Below, piece by piece: positions 16,362-24,783 of a DNA stretch of 59,822 bases. The stretch is from Bdellovibrionota bacterium. Lineage in GTDB: Bacteria > Bdellovibrionota_C > UBA2361 > OMII01. Within the stretch, counting starts at the first letter, position 1; each line of letters begins with the position of its first letter. The translations under genes were made by a program, and so were the position numbers. The notes below the pieces were generated by a model. That model worked only from the letters and a program-made list of their open reading frames with translations, was not told the origin of the DNA and ran no database searches. The stretch covers positions 1 through 59,822 of the forward strand of contig JBIKKR010000002.1 of assembly GCA_044360225.1 (NCBI GenBank), in the 5' to 3' direction.

Positions 16362-19166
16362 CTAGTTCCTCACTCCTGCACCCTCATGCTGCATTCGAAT
16401 GATTTGCTTTCTCACATGGAACAAAAAAAGTAGCTTCTTTTCAGTATCAGTGAGCTGTCCTTCGCCCGTACTGATATCAGCAATCAACCCATCGAGTATC
16501 GGCTCTTCACCCCTCGCGCTCGCTCGCTCACACCGCTGCTTAAGTTCAGGATCAAAGCTTGCCCGTCGGATCATCTCTGCCCACGGACTCTCCTGCCCTC
16601 GCAGCCTAAGCTTTTGGTACGAGCTCGCATAAATTGTCGCTAACATCTCTTCAAGCCGTTTTTCGTAGGTATGCTCACGGAGCACCCGCTCACGACCACG
16701 TCGTGCGATGCTCCGTCGCTCTTCAGGCCGTTCAAGGTAGTATGCGATCTTCTCCTTAAGATCGGAGACGGACGAGAATGTAGCGATCTCTCTGCCGGGC
16801 TCAAAACACTCCGCGAGGAGTGCTCGCTCATCCACAAGCTGGAATGCCCCACATGCGGCTAACTCAAACGTGCGCGGATTGAGAAAATCCCCGCTGGGAT
16901 CAACGCCGTCACGCTCATTACTCGAATGCAGGTTGAGATTGATATCAGTGCTGTTAAAGATCTTAATGTACTCCTCTGGATTCAGTCGTCGTCCTGCTTC
17001 CTGCACCAAACGATCGAAGGGTTTCATCCCTGGCCACTCAGTCCCCCATATTTTGAAGGGAAGTTGGGCAAATCCGGCAAAAGTCTGGCGTCGATTGTGG
17101 TAGCCCGCTCCAACAAAAGAGATCGGAGATCCCCAACGTTGTCGCTCTTCGGTAGTGAGCGTTGCAGGCGCATGGACCGCTGGATCGCACCCGGTAGGGA
17201 GATAGTGTACATGGGCAGCTCCCGCCTTCCGGATCGCTTCGATGCAGTCCCCTTTTTGAATCGTGAATACGTAGTCGTAGTGCTTCGCACACTCCTTCCA
17301 ATAGGTAAACCGGAGGTAGTCCTCAACAAACCACAGCACCGTGATAACTCCCTTACGGCGCAGCTCGGTGAGTGCCCGCGCGGAGATTGGCGCCTGCGCC
17401 ATGCATATCAGGATATCAATCGGCTTCTCGATACATGTTTCAAGCACGATCGATGAAACCATTTCCACGTAGGTCTGGCGGCAGACGTTCTGCCGAATAT
17501 CGTCGTGCATCAACGAACCAATCATTTCATATCCGGCATTCAAGCTGCTCACATCGATACAACGGACCCGTTGTCCGAGACGCTGCAGGGCCGTTGTTGT
17601 ATAGTGTAGTATCGGTAAAGTGCCTCCCTGAAGAGGACCGAGCACGGCGATCTTTGGATGAAGCGATGATTGTCCACGCCGCCTGTTAAAACCCTTGGTG
17701 ACGCAGTGGACAACGTCACCGGACACAACGAGGGACTGTGGACGCACAACGATCTCAGCGTGGGGCTCAAGGCTCTCAGAGCGATCTGATTCCGTGAGCG
17801 CAAGAAACGAGAGCTTTTCTAAGAGCGGGCGAACGTCACGCACTTCAAGCGCTCTTCGGAGCGAGGAAACACTCGTCTCGATACACGCGACAGCTTGAGT
17901 TCGAAGCTCAATGAGGCTCTCAAGGTGGTAACCACACCCAAACCCCACGACAACTAGCTGAGGGCTCTGTGCAAACCGAGAATCGTTGAGAGTACGCTTA
18001 GCCCAGGCATGTCCAGCCATAACCGGCTTTTCAGGATGATCAAGACAGGTTGAACCCGCCCAGAGCACTGGACCATCGATGCTCGCTTTAGCCTCAATAG
18101 ACGATTCTCCTGGAGGGCTACCCAATCGAACCTTTTCGTACACGTCAGGGAATCGACGCTGTACGACCTCCATGTTTGCTTGAAAAATCTGCCCCTCCCC
18201 GGCTGATGCCGTGATATCGGCCACCATCTGCTGGTTTGCGGTAACCTTAGAGAGGCGCTCAAGCACATCGCGAACATCGAGCTCTGTCGTTTTACAATGC
18301 TGCGTTACATACTCCAACGCTGCGCGCGCACGATCAAAATCTCCATCTTGGTACAACCTGTCTGCATAATGGAGCGCAATCCAGGCCTCAAAATCTGTAC
18401 ATGAGGTATTCCCATCGTCTACCTCTGGCCCCTCGGGGAGTAATGCTGCTGCGACCTCTTCGAAATTCCCAACCTGCCCCTCTCCAAGTTCAACGGTAAT
18501 AACAATCGGTTGCAAGTACAGCTCTTCGAGCAATTCTTGGAGCGGCATAGTCACCTGTGCCAAGGCAGTTAACCGCAGTCCAGCCTTCGCTGTAGCAGCT
18601 TTGAGAGTCGCTTCTTTGTAGGCCCGAACTCGCAACGTATCGCTCTCTGCTGGACTATCCTGGAGCCCGACAAACACCTGGAGTCGAGCGCACCCGCCGG
18701 CACGTAGCACCCGACGGATCTCACAAAGATAGGACGCGAACACCCGTGTTGGCATGTGCGGCAATGCAGCAAAGCTCCAGACAAAATCAACAGAACCAGA
18801 GGCGATTGCACTCAGATCTACGCCATTTGTTGTAGTCAGCGAAACGGCCCCCTGTCCAAACGATGCTGCGCGATGCAACTCCTGACCCTTGGCAATTGCC
18901 CGTGGAGAAACATCTACCCCGATCACCGAGCCAAACCTACGAGACGCAGCTGGCAACATACGTCCAACGCCACACCCTATCTCGACGGCAGTCAGGTGAG
19001 CGCCAACGGGCGTGCCCGTTACCATCTGCGCAAAATCTCGCTCGCCTTCCTGCCATAGAAACGAATCAGGAGAGATCTCGTTCGCTATCCAGAAGCGATA
19101 GTCGTGCTGTACGCGACGATCCCAGTCCTCGCGCATAGTTAGAGCAAGTTGTGCAAGAGGCTTCAT
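16362..19166 (-). CDS. Multidomain protein: class I SAM methyltransferase, TPR-like linker, central unknown domain, and CgeB-like (DUF3880 plus GT1-type) glycosyltransferase
   Basis: The ORF is open to GTG 19235 (957 aa), with ATG candidates at 19166 and 19136. SAM motif: VEIGCGVGRML..VIGVDVS. The C-terminal ~400 aa match the CgeB spore-maturation-like GT pattern (FVGAGYHNRRQ, NLNLHSS, NPRTFELAACGAFQLVD, ERPEERRSIARRGRERVLREHTY). Confidence 0.7.
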   Translation of the reverse strand: MKPLAQLALTMREDWDRRVQHDYRFWIANEISPDSFLWQEGERDFAQMVTGTPVGAHLTAVEIGCGVGRMLPAASRRFGSVIGVDVSPRAIAKGQELHRAASFGQGAVSLTTTNGVDLSAIASGSVDFVWSFAALPHMPTRVFASYLCEIRRVLRAGGCARLQVFVGLQDSPAESDTLRVRAYKEATLKAATAKAGLRLTALAQVTMPLQELLEELYLQPIVITVELGEGQVGNFEEVAAALLPEGPEVDDGNTSCTDFEAWIALHYADRLYQDGDFDRARAALEYVTQHCKTTELDVRDVLERLSKVTANQQMVADITASAGEGQIFQANMEVVQRRFPDVYEKVRLGSPPGESSIEAKASIDGPVLWAGSTCLDHPEKPVMAGHAWAKRTLNDSRFAQSPQLVVVGFGCGYHLESLIELRTQAVACIETSVSSLRRALEVRDVRPLLEKLSFLALTESDRSESLEPHAEIVVRPQSLVVSGDVVHCVTKGFNRRRGQSSLHPKIAVLGPLQGGTLPILHYTTTALQRLGQRVRCIDVSSLNAGYEMIGSLMHDDIRQNVCRQTYVEMVSSIVLETCIEKPIDILICMAQAPISARALTELRRKGVITVLWFVEDYLRFTYWKECAKHYDYVFTIQKGDCIEAIRKAGAAHVHYLPTGCDPAVHAPATLTTEERQRWGSPISFVGAGYHNRRQTFAGFAQLPFKIWGTEWPGMKPFDRLVQEAGRRLNPEEYIKIFNSTDINLNLHSSNERDGVDPSGDFLNPRTFELAACGAFQLVDERALLAECFEPGREIATFSSVSDLKEKIAYYLERPEERRSIARRGRERVLREHTYEKRLEEMLATIYASSYQKLRLRGQESPWAEMIRRASFDPELKQRCERASARGEEPILDGLIADISTGEGQLTDTEKKLLFLFHVRKQIIRMQHEGAGVRN

Positions 19167-19429
19167 GAAAAAGATCCCTACAGGTACGAGACAGACACCC
19201 CCCGTGTGGTCGACATGCGTGACCTTCTCCACCACTTAACTGCAGAGGCTGGAGCATAGGGGTACAGGATTAAAGATGCGGCCAGATGCGAGAAAGCCGC
19301 AGGAAAGAGCCCTCAAGCAGAACAGCGGTGCTGATGCGGACAGGATACGTCACCCCTCAGGCGCAGAAGATATCAGAAAATTCATGGAGTTAGTCCCTTA
19401 CGGAGAAGAGCTACCTCGCCCTCGTCATC

Positions 19430-19882
19430 CTACAGGCTGATCTGCACTCGCTTAAGAGCGTCACCCATTCGAGCAGCCTGCTCTTCCGGTGATACGGGCT
19501 CAAGATGTCTACCACTTTCAATGACCTCCTTGAACGCTGAATAGATGACCTCGATGAGTTCGATCACCTTGGCAACGCGCTCACCGTCTCGGTAGAGATT
19601 CGCTTCGCTCAGATAGAACAACATGAAGTCGTAAATTCGCTCCAAATCATGGGCTATCGTTCCGCCCTTTTCATAGTCGAGCGTATTCATCAGCTCTGCG
19701 ATGATGGCCTGCCCCTTACCGAGAAAACGGCAGAATTTCGCAATATCCTTCTCTTCTAATCCGATTCGCGACTGTTTGAGGAACTTGATTGCGCCTTCAT
19801 ACATCATGAGCAGGAGACGCCCCCGATCTGTGGTTGTAATTTGAACCGCCTGATATGTGTTGTGAGCATTTTTGCCGTACAT
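19430..19882 (-). CDS. fliS: Flagellar export chaperone FliS
   Basis: The 150-aa protein aligns by eye with FliS sequences (AYQ..V.T....LLLMMYEGAIKFL....I.....K......KGQAII.EL..TLD...G..IA..L..IYDFM...L..AN). Confidence 0.85.
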   Translation of the reverse strand: MYGKNAHNTYQAVQITTTDRGRLLLMMYEGAIKFLKQSRIGLEEKDIAKFCRFLGKGQAIIAELMNTLDYEKGGTIAHDLERIYDFMLFYLSEANLYRDGERVAKVIELIEVIYSAFKEVIESGRHLEPVSPEEQAARMGDALKRVQISL

Positions 19883-20042
19883 AAGAGCGTCGTTTCCTCA
19901 AAGAAATTGGTAGTCACAGCGATTATTCCTACCGGTTACATACTTCTTCGGAGCGCGTGGACATTTCCTTGAGGACAAACTCACGGCGCCCGTTTTGCCA
20001 ATACTATCGCAATGTTAGATGGGCTCGAGAGACACGGCGCAA

Positions 20043-20107
20043 AATAAATCCTGCGCGAGTAATTTGAAAAAAGTCACTCGTAGTACCAGGGCGAGCGCAA
20101 TGCGTGC
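20043..20107 (+). repeat. Family-3 repeat, partial copy
   Basis: ATAAATCCTGCGCGAGTAATTTGAAAAAAGTCACTCGTAGTACCAGGGCGAGCGCAATG matches the hairpin half of 41304-41370 and the reverse complement of 26320-26386. Confidence 0.7.
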
Positions 20108-20115
20108 CGATGAGA

Positions 20116-20931
20116 TTACGAAAGAGGAGTTACGCCACCAGCAAGCAACCCAAGTTCACGAGAGCGGTCGAGCGCTGCACGAACTGCGGCACGCACATGC
20201 TCTTCAGAGAGCGATTCTCTGAGCACTGTGAGAGCAGCTGCCGTTGTACCGTTCGGTGATGTAACCCGTGCACGCAGCTCCGCAAACCGATCACCACCGT
20301 GTTCAAGGTACGCAACGGCTCCTTTAAACGTCTGCAGAACGAGCGCGTGCGCATCAGCGCATGAGAGTCCCTCAGCAATTGCGACATGTTCCATCTGCTC
20401 TCCAAGCCAGCACAGATACGCCGGCCCTGAACCGGCAACTGCAGTCGCTACGTTTAACAACTCCTCTTGCTCAACGCGATGCGCTGATCCGAGCGATTGC
20501 ACCACCCGTTCAACGTGTAGCACCTGGGCTTGAGTACATTCTGGGGGCACATAGTAGACAGTTGCGCTCTCTGCGACGATCGCACCGAGATTCGGCATGG
20601 CACGCGCAACAGCCGAGTGGCTCGTATGGTCGCGCACTACGGAGCATGGTACCCCAGCCATCATCGACAGAATCACTGTATGTTCTGAGAGCGCTGGCCT
20701 CATGTGAGCACAGACAGCCACAACATCTTGCGGCTTGACCGTCATGACAACAAGATCGTGATAACCCAACGATTCAAACCCGCACACCGGCAATCCAAGT
20801 CGCGCGCACCGTTCAGCGGAACTGCCACTACGAGCCACTAATGTCATATCGTTGCGACAGAAACCCGCTGATAGCAAAACCTCAGCGAGGGCTCCACCCA
20901 AGTTTCCTACACCAACGATAGCGAGCTTCAT
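20116..20931 (-). CDS. proC: Pyrroline-5-carboxylate reductase
   Basis: 271 aa with the N-terminal dinucleotide fold IVGVGNLGGAL. The C-terminal portion shows the P5CR pattern (SPNGTTAAAL). Confidence 0.85.
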   Translation of the reverse strand: MKLAIVGVGNLGGALAEVLLSAGFCRNDMTLVARSGSSAERCARLGLPVCGFESLGYHDLVVMTVKPQDVVAVCAHMRPALSEHTVILSMMAGVPCSVVRDHTSHSAVARAMPNLGAIVAESATVYYVPPECTQAQVLHVERVVQSLGSAHRVEQEELLNVATAVAGSGPAYLCWLGEQMEHVAIAEGLSCADAHALVLQTFKGAVAYLEHGGDRFAELRARVTSPNGTTAAALTVLRESLSEEHVRAAVRAALDRSRELGLLAGGVTPLS

Positions 20932-21215
20932 GATTGATTGCGACCGCGATCCGCGTTCTCTACCTCGGCGACACTCCCTTCTTCAAGCCCCAGAAAGCGC
21001 ATCATCTGATCAACCAGCACCTTATAGTCGCGAGGATCAGCCATGTTAAGTCGGTACTCGTTTAAGACCTTAATCTGCATGTCTTTGTTCCACTGATTCC
21101 ATGCCTCAGCAGAGACTCGCTCGTAGATCATCATACCGATGTCACCGGCGAACGGCGGCTTCTCAAGCCCTGGCAACTCCTTTTTAAACTTCGAACACAG
21201 TACTTTTCTGGACAT
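20928..21215 (-). CDS. yggX: Fe(2+)-trafficking / oxidative-damage protection protein YggX
   Basis: The 95-aa protein aligns with E. coli YggX (MSR..C.....E..GL..PP..G..G..IYE.VS.EAW..W.....MLINE..LN). It overlaps the proC start by 4 nt. Confidence 0.8.
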   Translation of the reverse strand: MSRKVLCSKFKKELPGLEKPPFAGDIGMMIYERVSAEAWNQWNKDMQIKVLNEYRLNMADPRDYKVLVDQMMRFLGLEEGSVAEVENADRGRNQS

Positions 21216-21318
21216 AACAGCTTCGCTCCTTACCCTGCACCTTGGATACAGGACGTCATAAAACAGCCGCTAGTTTGCCATGACTTCACGCTCCTGTCAT
21301 GTCACCGATCCCCAGGCA

Positions 21319-21370
21319 GCGCGCGGCACTTTTGTGGCCTATTACAATCGACGAGAACTGCGACACCCTG
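21319..21370 (+). repeat. Family-1 element, solo right-arm fragment
   Basis: GCGCGCGGCACTTTTGTGGCCTATTACAATCGACGAGAACTGCGACACCCTG matches the right arm of the 29008-29135 copy. Confidence 0.65.
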
Positions 21371-21708
21371 TCGCGCCGTTGAGGTCGATGCTGTGACTAC
21401 CAGGAGCTGGTAAACTCTAAGGGATGAAACAGAATCCACTCGAATCTGCAGAAGTCTTGAGTGAGTCAGAAAACTTTGTTGTCGGTTATCCAGTTGCGTA
21501 CACCTGCTGGGAAACTGCCCCAGCACCCTAACTCCTTGAATTAACGAAACACAAAGAGCCTAAAACCCCATTTCAGTGAGTCCTCGGCACGAAGCTGCGA
21601 TTCAGAAAACGGAACCCTTTGGGGGATCTTTTTACAAATCCGTGACAATTGTCGATCCCCATTATGTCAATGTGATCCCCATCACGTATCGTTTTGTGGA
21701 GGGGAACC

Positions 21709-22341
21709 ATGGCGACACGAAAGACTGACGCAGAACTTGTTAAGGGAGTCATTGGGAGAGAAGAGAGCTGCTTTGAAGAGCTCGTTGAGCGATATGGGTC
21801 TAAAGTCCTCAACTTGGCGATGAGGATCACACGTAGTCAGGAGGATGCAGAGGAGATCCTTCAAGATGTATTCATAACAGTCTTTACGAAACTTGGCGGC
21901 TTTGAACACAAAGCGCAGTTCTCAAGCTGGCTGTACCGAGTCACCATGAACTCAAGCTTTATGAAGATCCGCGCTCGCAATCGTCGTCGAAGTGTCTCAC
22001 TAGAGGATATTGAGCCGAACACTCGACAGAACTGGGTAGGTAATCGCACCGAGATGTTTGATATCGATACGATGAGCTCACGTCACGAGCTGCGTGATGC
22101 GATTCAGGCAGCGGTGCAACAGCTACCGGAGGACTACCGAGCGATCTTCGTCCTGCGCGACATCGATGGGCTCTCGAACGAGGCTGTCAGTCATGTCCTC
22201 CAGCTCTCGGTGCCTGCCGTCAAGAGTCGTCTGCATCGGTCGCGGTTGCTGATGAGGGAGCAACTCAGGTCGCACTACGCTGCGGTATGCAATGCGCCTG
22301 AGTCAATCAGCTCTGCTGATGACCCCGTACATATCGTATAG
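21709..22341 (+). CDS. ECF-type RNA polymerase sigma-70 family factor
   Basis: ATG 21709 is preceded by GGAGG. The ORF is open from TTG 21694. Region 2 is present (EEILQDVFITVF......FSSWLYRVTMN), as is region 4 (LPEDYRAIFVLRDIDGLSNEAVSHVLQLSVPAVKSRLHRSR). Confidence 0.85.
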   Translation: MATRKTDAELVKGVIGREESCFEELVERYGSKVLNLAMRITRSQEDAEEILQDVFITVFTKLGGFEHKAQFSSWLYRVTMNSSFMKIRARNRRRSVSLEDIEPNTRQNWVGNRTEMFDIDTMSSRHELRDAIQAAVQQLPEDYRAIFVLRDIDGLSNEAVSHVLQLSVPAVKSRLHRSRLLMREQLRSHYAAVCNAPESISSADDPVHIV

Positions 22342-22406
22342 CTGCTGCGGGCGCATACACAGCAAACATCCAGCGGCGGCAATTGCTTCCGGTGCTGTGA
22401 TGCGCT

Positions 22407-23018
22407 ATGCAAGGCCGCATGACTTTTGTTGCGGCGTTCCATACCTTCACTATCGAGCTGAACCACTCAGACCGTAACATCTACACCAACTTCCGCCTCA
22501 AAGTGCCTCGCCACGAGCTTGAACCTCACGAACACTTCTACGCACGACTTATCGCATATACCCACGCCTATCGCTCTGGCATTGAGTTCACGCAGGGCGC
22601 CTTGAATTCAAAGGAGGCGACGATAGTCTATCAAGATGAGGTGGGCACCCTCCACCTCTCGGCCCACGTTGGGGCCCCGGAGAAACGCAAACTTGAGCTC
22701 TCGCTCAAGCAACACGCCGATGCCGAGCACCGCATTTACCTGTACGATGATCACGATCTCTCCCTCTTCTGCCATCACCTTCGTGGCAGTAGCACTAATT
22801 GGGTCGAGAATGTGCTATTTTACCGGATTGATCAGGAATTTCTAACAAACCTGATCGAACTGGAATCATCAAGCCCACGCTGGAACATCTCGTTTATCGA
22901 TGACCGCCTATACCTCACTGTTGACGGAGTCGAACTCGAGTCTGAGATAGTGCCGATCGACATCTGGTCAGAGTTTCAGAGATCTCTTGAGAAGCACCAG
23001 GCCGCAGATGCAGGATGA
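22407..23018 (+). CDS. yaeQ: YaeQ family protein
   Basis: The N-terminal pattern (F.I.L.HSDRN.Y..F.L...RH..E..EH...RL.AY) matches YaeQ. An alternative ATG lies at 22419. Confidence 0.7.
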   Translation: MQGRMTFVAAFHTFTIELNHSDRNIYTNFRLKVPRHELEPHEHFYARLIAYTHAYRSGIEFTQGALNSKEATIVYQDEVGTLHLSAHVGAPEKRKLELSLKQHADAEHRIYLYDDHDLSLFCHHLRGSSTNWVENVLFYRIDQEFLTNLIELESSSPRWNISFIDDRLYLTVDGVELESEIVPIDIWSEFQRSLEKHQAADAG

Positions 23019-23071
23019 TAAACCATGCGCGGGTTTATTAGTTGCATTCCCTCTCTTGGTTTCCGCTCGTT

Positions 23072-23222
23072 AGGGCATCGCAATTCTCGTCCATTGTAAA
23101 GGGCCACAAATGCGCGGGAATAGCTGTTTTTATTGATTTTTACAGCGCTGGCCCGCGCATTTGTATCCCGATCGAAACTTCCAGTAGTTTCAAGTAGATA
23201 GCGGGAGAATTGCGATGCCATC
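23072..23222 (+). mobile_element. Family-1 MITE-like element, full copy A (151 bp)
   Basis: Terminal inverted repeats GGCATCGCAATTCTC (23074-23088) and GAGAATTGCGATGCC (23205-23219). An internal palindrome GGCCACAAATGCGCGGG ... CCCGCGCATTTGT is present. The flanking 10-mers TCCGCTCGTT (23062-71) and TCCGCTCGTC (23223-32) match at 9/10. Confidence 0.8.
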
Positions 23223-23274
23223 TCCGCTCGTCCCGGTTAGGGGCTTACATGAAAAAATGGACTATGCTGAGTAG

Positions 23275-24546
23275 CTACGTTTTCTGAATGACAAAGACCG
23301 CCGCGCCAGAGAGATATCCCATAACCGCGAGAAAGGAGATCGTACGCACATACCAGAAGAAGTTAATCTTCTCTAAGCCCATCGCGGCCACTCCTGCAGC
23401 CGAGCCGACAATCAGGGCGCTACCACCAGTTCCCGATGTATAGGCAAGAAACTGCCAAAAGAAATCATCCATCGGATACATACTGAGGGAATACATACCC
23501 TGCACCGCTGCGACGAGAGGAACATTATCGAACACTGCAGAGAGCAAGCCGATGATTAATCCCAAGATAACCACATCTCCCACTAGCGACTGCAGCCACA
23601 CCGCTACAGATTGTAATATACCGGTTGTCTGTAGCGCTGATATGGCCAAAAGGATCCCCAGAAAAAAGAGGATACTTGGCGTATCGATCTTACGTATCGC
23701 GTGATTGACAGAGAGTACCCCCTTCTCCGCTTCACCTTTCTCGCTGTGGATCAGCTCCGTCAGGACCCACATCACCCCGAGCCCAAACAACATTCCCATA
23801 AATGGCGGTAGATGTGTTATCGACTTGAACATCGGCACAAACAGCAACACCGCTAATCCCAACCAAAACACCGCTTTTCGCTCAAAGTCTGACGACGAGA
23901 GCAGTTCCGCGCGCTTCCCTGGCGGGGACGAGATCGAGCCCTGTAGTCGCAATGACACAGCGATCACCGGAACGAGAGAACAAACCATGCTCGGTATCAG
24001 CAACGATGTGATTGTTGGAAGCACCGATATCTGGCCACCAATCCACAACATCGTTGTTGTCACATCTCCCATTGGAGACCATACACCACCAGCGTTTGCC
24101 GCGATCACCGTTACGCCGGTAAAGAGGAGCCGATCCTCTCTATCTGCTATCAGCTTCCTGAGCAGAGTAACAACAACGATCGTTGTCGTTAAGTTATCAA
24201 GCAGCGATGACAGAAAAAACGCCATCGTTGCGACGATCCAGAGCAGCTTACGCTTGCTCGATGTTGTGATCCGCGACGTAATGATATCAAAACCATCGTG
24301 CGCATCGACCAGCTCAACGATCACCATCGCGCCGAGCAAGAAGAAGAGTATTCCCGACAGCTCTCCCATCTGTTCAGCGAGAGCATGATTCACTGAGTGC
24401 GCATCTACCCCACTAAGCACATGCACCGTCCAGCAGAGGATTCCGGTTACAAGGGCCGATGCCGCTTTATTGACCTTAATTGAGTGCTCAAGCGTTATCG
24501 CGGCGTATCCAAGGATAAAAATTGTAACGATTATCGCTGTGGTCAT
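23275..24546 (-). CDS. nhaD: NhaD/ArsB-family Na+/H+ antiporter
   Basis: Polytopic membrane protein. I prefer the ATG at 24544-24546 (MTTAIIVTIFILGYAAITLEH). The ORF-track start at 24642 would run into the repeat element. Confidence 0.75.
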   Translation of the reverse strand: MTTAIIVTIFILGYAAITLEHSIKVNKAASALVTGILCWTVHVLSGVDAHSVNHALAEQMGELSGILFFLLGAMVIVELVDAHDGFDIITSRITTSSKRKLLWIVATMAFFLSSLLDNLTTTIVVVTLLRKLIADREDRLLFTGVTVIAANAGGVWSPMGDVTTTMLWIGGQISVLPTITSLLIPSMVCSLVPVIAVSLRLQGSISSPPGKRAELLSSSDFERKAVFWLGLAVLLFVPMFKSITHLPPFMGMLFGLGVMWVLTELIHSEKGEAEKGVLSVNHAIRKIDTPSILFFLGILLAISALQTTGILQSVAVWLQSLVGDVVILGLIIGLLSAVFDNVPLVAAVQGMYSLSMYPMDDFFWQFLAYTSGTGGSALIVGSAAGVAAMGLEKINFFWYVRTISFLAVMGYLSGAAVFVIQKT

Positions 24547-24602
24547 GATCGATTCAGTATACCACACCGGACATCCAATCCACACCGCGATTCGAAAGTG
24601 CC

Positions 24603-24753
24603 AGGGCTTCCCAATTCTCGTCCATTTACAAGGACCACACATGCGCCGGAAAAAATGTTTCTATTGAGTTTTGCAGCACAGGCCCGCGCATCTGTATCCT
24701 GATCGAAACTTCCAGCTGCTTCGAGTAGAGAGCGAGCGAATTGCGATGTCCTG
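24603..24753 (+). mobile_element. Family-1 MITE-like element, full copy B (151 bp)
   Basis: Collinear with copy A and in the same orientation (AGGGCTTCCCAATTCTCGTCCATTT ... GAGCGAATTGCGATGTCCTG). The flanking 10-mers CGAAAGTGCC (24593-602) and CGAATGTGCC (24754-63) match at 9/10. Confidence 0.8.
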
Positions 24754-24783
24754 CGAATGTGCCTACCGAGTCACATCGGGCCA

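Noticed and set aside
19986-20000. Sigma-54 promoter upstream of fliS (TGGCAAAACGGGCGC on the minus strand)
   Set aside because: Only the GG-N10-GC spacing matches. The -12 TTGC element is absent, so this is too weak to call.
21600-21640. ECF-type autoregulated promoter (GGAAC at 21610-21614) upstream of the sigma factor gene
   Set aside because: There is no CGT-type -10 element at the expected 16-17 nt spacing.
23072-24753. nhaD as cargo of a composite transposon formed by two MITE copies
   Set aside because: Each copy has its own, different 10-bp flanking duplication. That indicates two separate insertions rather than movement as one unit.
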